Both the position numbers and the translations under genes were made by a program. This document shows positions 31,919-40,447 of a DNA stretch of 64,000 nt, piece after piece. The DNA lies in the NCBI GenBank assembly GCA_965216315.1, contig CBDCFN010000016.1:1248001-1312000 (forward strand), given 5' to 3'. Source of the DNA: a bacterium. GTDB lineage: Bacteria > UBA10199 > 2-02-FULL-50-16 > JAJFLM01. The number at the start of each line of letters is the position of its first letter. Positions within the stretch are counted from its first letter, which is position 1. The notes under the pieces are model-generated. The model worked only from the letters and a program-made list of their open reading frames with translations, was not told where the DNA came from and did not search any database.

Positions 31919-32526
31919 CACGCCGCGACCGCATTATTAAGAATATCCGTTTCTTCTGGATTACAACGTATTATTTAGGGGTCTATTACCTGATTAATCT
32001 CTTTACCGCGACACGTTCACAGCATCATCAACTGGAATTTTTCCAGGAATCGGCGATTCCGTTTTATCCGGTTTTTTTACTCGGTTATGTGATGATCTTT
32101 GTGATCATTGGCTACACCTATGTCGGGATCAATGATGGTGAATTTTTCAAGAAAGTTGTCCGTACCTTTGCCGTTTGTTTAACCATTCATTTTATCTGTT
32201 TTCTAGTCTTTCCGGTTGAATACGTACTCAGGCCCGAAATTGATCCGAGTCAGGGATGGATGTATCAGGCCGTACACTTCTACTATTGGTACGACCTTCC
32301 GTATAATTGTTTCCCCTCACTACATGTTTCCAATGCCTTTTTGTGTGCCTTTATGCTGGGGCGTTACCAAAAGCGACTTGGCTGGATTTTTATTCCAATG
32401 GCCGTCCTCGTCGCTCTTTCCGTCGTGTTAGTTCGTCAGCATTACATTATTGATGTCATTGCGGGTTTTCTTGTAGCGGCCGGCCTTTATTGGTTCATGT
32501 GGTGTCGACGGGTCAAAGCCGTTTAA
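31915..32526 (+). CDS. PAP2 superfamily membrane phosphatase/phosphotransferase
   Basis: NCFPSLHV and QHYIIDV motifs, several TM helices. Confidence 0.8.
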   Translation: MTRRDRIIKNIRFFWITTYYLGVYYLINLFTATRSQHHQLEFFQESAIPFYPVFLLGYVMIFVIIGYTYVGINDGEFFKKVVRTFAVCLTIHFICFLVFPVEYVLRPEIDPSQGWMYQAVHFYYWYDLPYNCFPSLHVSNAFLCAFMLGRYQKRLGWIFIPMAVLVALSVVLVRQHYIIDVIAGFLVAAGLYWFMWCRRVKAV

Positions 32527-33716
32527 ATTTGCGTTCCATCCGATTCCATCGACATTTCGGCTTCCGCTAGACTGACTTGGTGCGAAGAGGGAATGGCAAT
32601 TGTCAATGAGATGAGGGTAACAGTGACCATGAGAAGTGAGGCGATAACAAAAGGTAAGGGGATGTAATAAACGTAGAATAGCCCTGCGAGTGTGGGGCCG
32701 ATGACCCGGCCCAGTGATGCCGCCGATTGAAAGGTTCCCATGATGGCGCCGCGCGTCTGCGGGCGGGTGACTTTAGAGACGAGACTCAACATAGAAGGTT
32801 GGGAGATGCCGCGACCCAGTGCCGCTATTCCAAGCGGCAGTAAGAGGACGGCAACGCGTGATATCCAGGGAATGCTAACAAAGGCAATCATCAAAAGAAT
32901 AGCGCCGCTCGTGAGCAGCTTCCTCTCGCCAAAACGACTCGCGAGGCTCCGAATGGCGCCGCCTTGGACCCCGGCCATGATAAGGGCCATGCCCACGAGG
33001 ATATAGGCGACCTCGCGCGCGTCATACTGAAAACGGTCCATCATGAAGTAGGCGAATACCGCTTCGAGCTGCGTGACGGCGACGGTAAAAACGAAATTAA
33101 GCAGACACATTTTTCGTATCGAGCTATCACGTAAAAAATGCCACCGCTTGGTCGGCTCTTCCATGGTGCGGTGTCGCTCGGGTTCACGGAGGGTTAGGCT
33201 GGCGTAGATAAAATTGATCAAGGCCAGGGCGGCGGCTGTGAGCATCGGGACTCCATAACCATAGGGGGCGAGCAGGCCCCCAATCGCCGGTCCAAGGATG
33301 AAACCAATCCCGAAGGAGGCCCCTATCATCCCCATCCACTTCGTGCGGTTCTTTTCATCGGTGACATCCGTCACGTAGGCCGTGGCAACGCTAATATTGG
33401 CGGCGAAGATGCCGCCCAGGATGCGGGCAATAAAGAGCCACAGTAAAGAATTGGCCAAGCCAAGCAACAAGAGGGCGACACTCGATCCCAAGATGGTCAT
33501 CAGCATGACCGGGCGCCGACCAATCCGGTCGGATAGACGGCCCCACAAGGGGGCGAAGATAAATTGCATGGCTGCATAAGAGGTGAGGAGCCCCCCCAAA
33601 ACGGCGGCACTCGCCCCGTAGGACTCGGCATAAAAGGGCAGGACGGGGATGACAATGCCGAATCCGATCAGGTCGATGACGACAATGCTAAATAATACAA
33701 AAAGAGTTGATTTCAT
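32523..33716 (-). CDS. MFS transporter (TetA-like drug:H+ antiporter family)
   Basis: DLIGFGIVIPVLP, GRLSDRIGRRP motif A, GFILGPAIGG motif C. Confidence 0.9.
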   Translation of the reverse strand: MKSTLFVLFSIVVIDLIGFGIVIPVLPFYAESYGASAAVLGGLLTSYAAMQFIFAPLWGRLSDRIGRRPVMLMTILGSSVALLLLGLANSLLWLFIARILGGIFAANISVATAYVTDVTDEKNRTKWMGMIGASFGIGFILGPAIGGLLAPYGYGVPMLTAAALALINFIYASLTLREPERHRTMEEPTKRWHFLRDSSIRKMCLLNFVFTVAVTQLEAVFAYFMMDRFQYDAREVAYILVGMALIMAGVQGGAIRSLASRFGERKLLTSGAILLMIAFVSIPWISRVAVLLLPLGIAALGRGISQPSMLSLVSKVTRPQTRGAIMGTFQSAASLGRVIGPTLAGLFYVYYIPLPFVIASLLMVTVTLISLTIAIPSSHQVSLAEAEMSMESDGTQI

Positions 33717-33817
33717 TAGGAATCCCGCTTTCTGGCATCTTTAACCGGGCGGGGCAAGGAAATCCCGTCCTTAGGGCCCATATAGGCGAAAATCCGCAAG
33801 ATCTTTGCGAAAAACCG

Positions 33818-33844
33818 GCAACTTCTGAAAATGGCGGCCGATAA
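33818..33844 (+). promoter_or_regulatory. Sigma28-like promoter GCAAC-N14-GCCGATAA
   Basis: GCCGATAA is the FliA -10 consensus; the same architecture recurs at five sites in this window. Confidence 0.65.
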
Positions 33845-35037
33845 TGAGTATGGAGTTGGCCCGCCTGTGGCCGTTAGCGTTGTGTGCTAGTGTTATGTAC
33901 TGTGAATATATAAATGCCGTTGCCCGGTATTTCGGCTTTGGTCCCATTGTTGACTGCACGGATAGCAGTCAAAACGATGATGCGACCAATGGCTCTGTGC
34001 CGACAAGCCAGCAAAGCAATTATTGTCCTGCTGATCCTTCCATTGACGATAGTCTTGCGCCGATGTGCGTCGATCCTACGGCGGCACTGTGGGCGGAGCC
34101 AAACTACACTCCTGCAGCGTCTCCAGTTTCCGATGATGACTCCGACGATAGCTCACCGAGTGCCGCGATGGCGCTCCCGCTTATTGTCGGCGGATTGCGG
34201 GTGGTTGCCGATGAAGCAGCCAATGGTCCTGACTATATGAGTGAGCGCGGCTCAAGAGAAGTTCAGCAGGCGGCGGATATTGTACGTGAAGCGCAGCGAC
34301 GACTACTAATGGAACATGGAATTGAGATGTCAGCGACAGAGCTGCGCAATACCTTTCATTATGAAATCGCTCAGGACTTTAAGACAGGTCGTGACGGACG
34401 CCGAAACCACGGGAGCTTGGAACACTACAGTGAGCAGGTAGATGCCCTTGTTTCATTTTACGCCTATCGAGCAGAGCCCAATAGCTGTACCGCACCGACG
34501 GCCGTGACTGAGGGCCTTATTACAGAGCTACGGAATACGATGTTGATCGAATCGCTTCCGGAAGCGGTTAAAACGGCGTTTATCAATGACCAGCGAAATG
34601 AGTTGAATCGTGAATTGAATCGTCTGATTGGGGAGCATAATGCCACTTCTTATGAGACCCTGCCCAATGATGTGCGCATGGAATTCGAGCGGCGTTGGCA
34701 CGAGAATTATTCTACCTATATCAACAATTACTGGTCGGAACCGAATCAGGCATTTCCGCGGTTTAGTTCGGCCCGAACGGAAGTGACCCCGACCAGCGTC
34801 GATACACCAACCATCGATCCCAGCCTACCGCTGGAGACACGCTTGCAAATGGCGGAAGAGGCGCGGCGCACTGAGAGCTCCCATGATCGATCTGATTTGC
34901 CGCTGGAAGCACGCCTCTCTGACCATGAACGGGAGCAACGTCCTTGGGAAAGTCGGGAAACGGATCGGCGTGCCGGGTTTGAGGGGGAAGAGCGCAGAGG
35001 GTGGGAGCGGCGCAGCGAGCGCCGGCGTCGGCGTTAA
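33844..35037 (+). CDS. Orphan hypothetical protein, Arg/Glu-rich C-terminus
   Basis: 397-aa ORF with no recognisable domain; start may be 33850 or later. Confidence 0.6.
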   Translation: MSMELARLWPLALCASVMYCEYINAVARYFGFGPIVDCTDSSQNDDATNGSVPTSQQSNYCPADPSIDDSLAPMCVDPTAALWAEPNYTPAASPVSDDDSDDSSPSAAMALPLIVGGLRVVADEAANGPDYMSERGSREVQQAADIVREAQRRLLMEHGIEMSATELRNTFHYEIAQDFKTGRDGRRNHGSLEHYSEQVDALVSFYAYRAEPNSCTAPTAVTEGLITELRNTMLIESLPEAVKTAFINDQRNELNRELNRLIGEHNATSYETLPNDVRMEFERRWHENYSTYINNYWSEPNQAFPRFSSARTEVTPTSVDTPTIDPSLPLETRLQMAEEARRTESSHDRSDLPLEARLSDHEREQRPWESRETDRRAGFEGEERRGWERRSERRRRR

Positions 35038-36035
35038 GAAACTTTCAGGCCACCTCGGCCGACTTCGAGAAATTCAATTAAGGACAATCCATGTTGCGTG
35101 GTTGGCAGCTCCGGGCGAGCTGCGCTGACCAGGGACCAGACTAACTCTCGTTGCTCAAGTGTTGTGGCAACCAGAGAACTTATAATCTCTGCGCACTGTT
35201 GAATGCGAGCGTCGTGCGGATGCTCGTGCGTAAGTTGTGCCATCCGTTGAGCGAGTTTCTGAAAGGAGGCTTCACAGGCGATCGCAATAATTTCTTCCAA
35301 GGCGACGTCGACGGTAGGATTGAAGCGATAGGCCATGTCGAGATAGTCAAAACTATAGCTGAACAGGACCGCGGATCTTAAACTTGTTGTCGGCAAATTG
35401 GGATAGTGAAGGTGAAGGGCCTCTTGGATGGCCGGAAATTCAAGCTCTTCGCTATCCCAGCTTTTAGCGGCACGTGCCATGGCGATGCGCCTGAGTACCT
35501 CGGAGTTGGCGTTGCGCTGGTTTTCATTCATCACGCTCGCATCGGACTTTGTGCCCCAATGAATGAGGGTTAAGGCCAAGTCGCGGTCGATGTGAAAAAG
35601 CTCATCGCCTAAATGGGTGGCATCCGTTCCGGTACGGTTGGCGGCGAGGTTGCCGGCGGTTTGCAAAATGATGGCCGCCGAGGGTGCCAAATTGGGATCT
35701 TTCCAGTTGAGGTCTGAAAGGAGATAAAGGGCGGAGGCCAACATCACCCGGTCACGCATGGGCATGGCCTGTTCCACCGTAGAGGTCTTGTGAAGTCGAG
35801 CGACGGCTGTATCGAGAGTTTGCTGCGTTTCTGTAATACTCGCATCGCCGGCAAGTTGAGAGCGAAAGCTGAGTAAGGCATCAATGGGACGATGCATGTA
35901 AGAATCGCTCGCGTGCCGGTGATAATGTTCCAGCTCTTCAAAGCGGGTGCGGATCGCCGTGTTATTGAGAATACTGGAACCCGCACCACTGGCCAAGAGT
36001 GGAAACATGGAGAATGAAGTTACCCCGATCGTCAT
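35034..36035 (-). CDS. Orphan helical hypothetical protein coupled to rtcB
   Basis: ATGA overlap with the rtcB stop; 333 aa. Confidence 0.65.
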   Translation of the reverse strand: MTIGVTSFSMFPLLASGAGSSILNNTAIRTRFEELEHYHRHASDSYMHRPIDALLSFRSQLAGDASITETQQTLDTAVARLHKTSTVEQAMPMRDRVMLASALYLLSDLNWKDPNLAPSAAIILQTAGNLAANRTGTDATHLGDELFHIDRDLALTLIHWGTKSDASVMNENQRNANSEVLRRIAMARAAKSWDSEELEFPAIQEALHLHYPNLPTTSLRSAVLFSYSFDYLDMAYRFNPTVDVALEEIIAIACEASFQKLAQRMAQLTHEHPHDARIQQCAEIISSLVATTLEQRELVWSLVSAARPELPTTQHGLSLIEFLEVGRGGLKVS

Positions 36036-37486
36036 TCCTTGATCACTCCGATCGGACGCATCCGGGCGACGGGAGCGGCCATGCCCTCGCGATCGACGAC
36101 GCCGATCACGCCATCGATATCCTTGTAGGCCTGTGGCGCCTCACCAATGATGGTCCTATTGTCGTGGTTCACGAGGGTTACGCCACGCATGGCGCGTTTA
36201 AATTCCTTTTTACTGATGCGCTTACGGCTGACTTCCAAACGTCCGGATCCGTCACCGCGACGCACGTCATCGTGAACCTCGAAACCAAGTGCTTGACTGC
36301 GTGAGAGCACGCGTCCGGCCCCATGATTGACGCTGTGCAATGCGGCTTCACTCCCTTCAACGCCGACGAGCAGATAACTCGCGGTTCCCATCGAGCCGGG
36401 GATAATGACCGGTTGCCCCCAGGCCGCCTGTTCGGTGCCGATCATTTTAGAGGGGGGCAGGGCGCGAGCGGCCCCTTTGCGGTGCACAAATAAACTTTCA
36501 CCACCGTGTTCTTCGGGTTTAACCATGTTATGAGAGATGTCATAAACGACACGCGCCTCGGCATCATTATAATGAGTACGCATCGTATGCAGAGCGAGGG
36601 CCCCCAGCATCATGCGATTGGCATAGCCCCAGTTGGAAGCGGCCGCAGCCGCTCCTAGATAGTCCTGACCGAGTTCGCTATCCACCGGTATTGGATGGAC
36701 GTCTTTGAGTTTGGCATTGATCGGACCATTCCCCAGGTTACGGGCCTTTTGACCGTACTGATTCGCAATATTATGGCCCATGCCGCGGGAACCACTGTGG
36801 AGCATCATGACCACAGCGCCCCGCATAATCCCGAGAGCGGACGCGATTTCAGTATTCAATACATCATCAATAACTTGAAATTCCAGAAAGTGATTGCCAC
36901 TGCCAAGCGTCCCCAATTGTCTCATCCCACCTTGTTTGATGTGAGCGCGCGCGACCTTGCTGGGGTCGCCCGTTAAAGAACCTCTTTCTTCGACGTGAGC
37001 AAGCTCCCACTGAAGATAAGCGGCGTCGATCATCTCCCAGACGGCATGTTGGGAACGCGTTTCCATGGAGATATCAGCGAGGGTGGCAAGGCCGCCTTGC
37101 ATGATCATATGGGTGTCCGCCTCGCTCAGCTTTACATGGCTCCAGCGTTCGCCAATGTTGATCGCGGCATAAATATCGGCGAGCAAATCGCGCGTGACGT
37201 CCTGACGGGTGAGATTGGTTGTCATCAACCGCATGCCACAGTTGATGTCTTTGCCAACCGCTGCCGGAATGACCGACGAGCGGGTCGAAAGCACGAAGCC
37301 ATTCGGCACGGAAACGCCGGCATGGAGATCGGGCATCGCCAAGGCGTGCACGACGTCCGGCAGTTGGGTCATGGCACGGGCCTGCGTGAGGGCCTGTTGG
37401 CTAAAGTGGACGGAACCCATCCCAAAAACGCTTAGGGAGGGTGCAGCCGCTTGAAGTGTCAGGTTGGCAGCCGTGGCCAGTGTCAT
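36032..37486 (-). CDS. rtcB: RtcB family RNA ligase (3'-phosphate/5'-OH)
   Basis: MPDLHAG, GKDINCG, GTLGSGNHFLE, HSGSRG, HNM, HRKGA, IPGSMG, HGAGR, EAP.AYK. Confidence 0.93.
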   Translation of the reverse strand: MTLATAANLTLQAAAPSLSVFGMGSVHFSQQALTQARAMTQLPDVVHALAMPDLHAGVSVPNGFVLSTRSSVIPAAVGKDINCGMRLMTTNLTRQDVTRDLLADIYAAINIGERWSHVKLSEADTHMIMQGGLATLADISMETRSQHAVWEMIDAAYLQWELAHVEERGSLTGDPSKVARAHIKQGGMRQLGTLGSGNHFLEFQVIDDVLNTEIASALGIMRGAVVMMLHSGSRGMGHNIANQYGQKARNLGNGPINAKLKDVHPIPVDSELGQDYLGAAAAASNWGYANRMMLGALALHTMRTHYNDAEARVVYDISHNMVKPEEHGGESLFVHRKGAARALPPSKMIGTEQAAWGQPVIIPGSMGTASYLLVGVEGSEAALHSVNHGAGRVLSRSQALGFEVHDDVRRGDGSGRLEVSRKRISKKEFKRAMRGVTLVNHDNRTIIGEAPQAYKDIDGVIGVVDREGMAAPVARMRPIGVIKE

Positions 37487-37579
37487 CAATTTCCTCTCTC
37501 CTCAGTGGGACCCATGTCCGATGACCCGACCAAAAACCTAGTAATTACAGCAGAATACAACCGGCTGCGATTGGGGCCC

Positions 37580-37606
37580 TTATCGACGCCCGCTGCTGAA
37601 TGTTGC
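37580..37606 (-). promoter_or_regulatory. Sigma28-like promoter GCAAC-N14-GTCGATAA upstream of rtcB
   Basis: Minus strand GCAACATTCAGCAGCGGGCGTCGATAA. Confidence 0.6.
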
Positions 37607-37615
37607 GTCCAAAGT

Positions 37616-37677
37616 GTGTTCAGATGTCCACTGAAAGCCCTTCCGGCGCCTCACTCGAAAATCAACCCCGCCGATAA
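37616..37677 (+). promoter_or_regulatory. Conserved upstream box plus GCCGATAA promoter, copy 1
   Basis: GTGTTCAGATGTCCACTGAAAGC then GCCGATAA starting 54 bp after the box start; same layout at 44916. Confidence 0.7.
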
Positions 37678-37744
37678 CTAGAGACGTAGGCAATTGAAGT
37701 ATTCAGCCTAAGCAATTGATTTGAAAGGTGTAATGGGTGTGTTG

Positions 37745-40447
37745 ATGGTGCTAGAGAATATTGCGACTTTTATTGCGGGTGGGCCGTTTCAAGGCGGTTC
37801 GGCGGGCCATGACCCGGTGGTTCATGGGCCCAAACAGCTGGCAGATGGACCGGACAAGCCTGATCACTCTATTGTCATTAAGACGACCGGACTGAAGCTG
37901 GCACAGGGACGAAGTGCTAAGGGAACGACCGTCTGGAAGCAGGTTACGCCGGGCAAGCAAGTCAAAGTAACCCCCCACAGCGAAAAACCCATCTACAAAT
38001 TCGCCTTTAATGGTTCTTCGGCGCAACGCAAAGTCGTGGATGCCGCACTTCGCCAACTTAAAGTGGATCCCAACAGTGTCAGTGCTCAGTTTAACCTGGC
38101 CAAGCTCTATGCCAAACAAGGCAATAAAGCGGCGGGGCAATATTATTACCGGCGGGCCTTCTTAGCGATCGTTGCGACGAAGCAAAAGCCGAGTCAACTG
38201 GAGGAAATTGCCCGGGGTTTGATCGCCACCGGCGATGCATACACGGCGGCTCGCGTTTATCAGTATCTGCTGACGAAAGCCGATAAGGTTAAAGATATTG
38301 AGACGGATGGGATCGGATCCTTTCGCTGGCGCAAACGTCGTTATCTTTCGACCAATCGTCATCACGCCTTTATCAACATTGATACGGCCCTGAGTGCGGA
38401 AAAACGCGTGCAGTTTGCGCGCGCGATGTACGCGCAGGCTCAAGCCGGCAAGGACATTATCGGTGAGTATGAGGCCCTAGGGATACTCAAAGACCTCAAG
38501 GTCATTAACCCGGAGGAGCTGTCACGTCTCCATCAGCTGAGTGGAATGGACGGTGGCGATCCTCAAAAGGTCGACGTGCAGCAGGTTATTGATGCCGCGT
38601 GGAATTATGTAAAGAACGGTCACTTTGACCGGGCCAAACAGACGTACCATTACATTCTTTCGCTGGGTTGGGCTCAGAAACAGCCGCTCAATAAGGATGC
38701 ACGTCTTCTGAAGCTGGAAAAGGCCGTGAGGGCACCGGATCAACACGCCAAGAGTCTCGTTAATAAAAAGATTGATGAGCTGACGAAAAAACTGGCGACT
38801 TGTCCTCGCAAGGACGTGCCGGAGCTGAATAAGAAAATTGCCGTATTGCGCGGGGCTTTGGCGATAGCCAATAAAGTTCCGGCCGGCGATTTTAGTTTTG
38901 GCGATGCCTCTCGAATTGCGACCATAGCCAAAGCTCAAATACTCTTGGGCGCCTTGAAAAAAGATAAGAATCTGCTGGAATCGGGGTTTAAAACGGGTGT
39001 CCTTCTTGACAATATAGCCCGTTATGACAAGCGCGCAAAGATTGCCAAGACGGCTTATCTGCAATTGTTTCCGAAGAGCATGCGGTCTTTTATTGCCTGG
39101 GGTTCGTTGCCGGTCATAGCAGGACGTTATTCCGAAAACACCAAGGGTTGGAGAGCCTATTTCCCCCGACCGGATGTCGTGAATAATTCGGCCGCGATCA
39201 AGGCATTCAATTCACATGATAAAAAAACCGGACAGGGAGCCCAATTAGCGCGTGAGCTTGCGACTTTAATCCAATCGAGCCCAAATGTCTCCGCTCGATT
39301 TGATAATTTAAATGGACTTAAGACCTTTTTTGCCAGCTATAAAACGAAAGTTGATGCGGTCGACTGGAAGAATGTTCAGGCCTATTTTGACGAGGTAAAC
39401 ACGCTTAACGGACAGACGGATGCGTCCAAAAAGCAGCGGCGCATCCAGGAGAGTGTCACCAACCTCCGCCAACTGCACGCTGTGATCAATCGACTTAACG
39501 GCGGCAAAGTCAGCGGCACAGAACTTGATAGTCTCATCAAGGGTCTTAGCGCGATGCCTGGCGCAAAAGAAGTGGCCGGCAAAAACAAGCTCGAGACAGC
39601 CAAGGCGCTGGCCCATGCGATTTATAATTATAATCACGGTCGGCTTGCGGCAGATCTCAACTCAGCTATTAAAGAAGTCGCCAAGCTTCCCGGTACCAAG
39701 GGAGAGTCCTTAAAAGCCCAGGCCAAGCAGATTTTGCGCAGTTTCGGTGGTGATAAGACCGTCGCGCTGAAGAAATTGTTTCATAATATTGAAGTCGAGC
39801 GTATCCGCGGCACGTGTACGGCCTTGATCAAGCAGTTCAAAGCTGCGCGTAAAGCGGACAAGCGGATGGACACCGGGGATTATCCCATTATTCGTCAATT
39901 ACTGTGGCTCTGTGAGAAAGTCACGGGCGATAAATATAAGCATACCGACTTGTTTTTTGGCCGCATGATCAAGGATCTGCAACAGATCAAGTCCGACCTC
40001 AACGACCCGAAGAAACTCGCCTCAGCGCGTGAGAATTTTACAGGTCTCATGCAGGGGAGCCATCTCCAGTTTGTTTTGGCAGACGCGAAGTCAACCATTA
40101 AGCACGACAGCTACATCAATCTCGGTGCGAATATCACGCTCATCGTACTGGGTGGCCTGCTTGCCGCCCCGGTCGGTGTGCTCGCCCAAGCGCGCACCGT
40201 TGCCCTGCTCGGGCGCACGGCCTTGACCGTGAATCAAATCAAATTCGCCGGGGCCGGCGCCAGCATATTAGCGAATGCCGCGGTCTTTACTCAGGTCGAG
40301 GCGGGCGTCGGCGAGGGCAACTGGTTCGGATACAATACGCGCACTGGAAAGTGGGATTTCGCGAGTTTAGGAAAGCGGATGGCGCACAATACGGCGATGT
40401 TCGGGTTTATGCACGGTGCCTTCGGGTTGTATAGTAAAGTACGCTAA
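37745..40447 (+). CDS. Giant orphan carrier protein, N-terminal part (TPR-like repeats, hydrophobic region); frameshifted
   Basis: TPR-like DPNSVSAQFNLAKLYAKQG; Gly/Ala-rich hydrophobic C-terminus similar to ORF 55799; reading continues in the -1 frame from 40438. Confidence 0.7.
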   Translation: MVLENIATFIAGGPFQGGSAGHDPVVHGPKQLADGPDKPDHSIVIKTTGLKLAQGRSAKGTTVWKQVTPGKQVKVTPHSEKPIYKFAFNGSSAQRKVVDAALRQLKVDPNSVSAQFNLAKLYAKQGNKAAGQYYYRRAFLAIVATKQKPSQLEEIARGLIATGDAYTAARVYQYLLTKADKVKDIETDGIGSFRWRKRRYLSTNRHHAFINIDTALSAEKRVQFARAMYAQAQAGKDIIGEYEALGILKDLKVINPEELSRLHQLSGMDGGDPQKVDVQQVIDAAWNYVKNGHFDRAKQTYHYILSLGWAQKQPLNKDARLLKLEKAVRAPDQHAKSLVNKKIDELTKKLATCPRKDVPELNKKIAVLRGALAIANKVPAGDFSFGDASRIATIAKAQILLGALKKDKNLLESGFKTGVLLDNIARYDKRAKIAKTAYLQLFPKSMRSFIAWGSLPVIAGRYSENTKGWRAYFPRPDVVNNSAAIKAFNSHDKKTGQGAQLARELATLIQSSPNVSARFDNLNGLKTFFASYKTKVDAVDWKNVQAYFDEVNTLNGQTDASKKQRRIQESVTNLRQLHAVINRLNGGKVSGTELDSLIKGLSAMPGAKEVAGKNKLETAKALAHAIYNYNHGRLAADLNSAIKEVAKLPGTKGESLKAQAKQILRSFGGDKTVALKKLFHNIEVERIRGTCTALIKQFKAARKADKRMDTGDYPIIRQLLWLCEKVTGDKYKHTDLFFGRMIKDLQQIKSDLNDPKKLASARENFTGLMQGSHLQFVLADAKSTIKHDSYINLGANITLIVLGGLLAAPVGVLAQARTVALLGRTALTVNQIKFAGAGASILANAAVFTQVEAGVGEGNWFGYNTRTGKWDFASLGKRMAHNTAMFGFMHGAFGLYSKVR

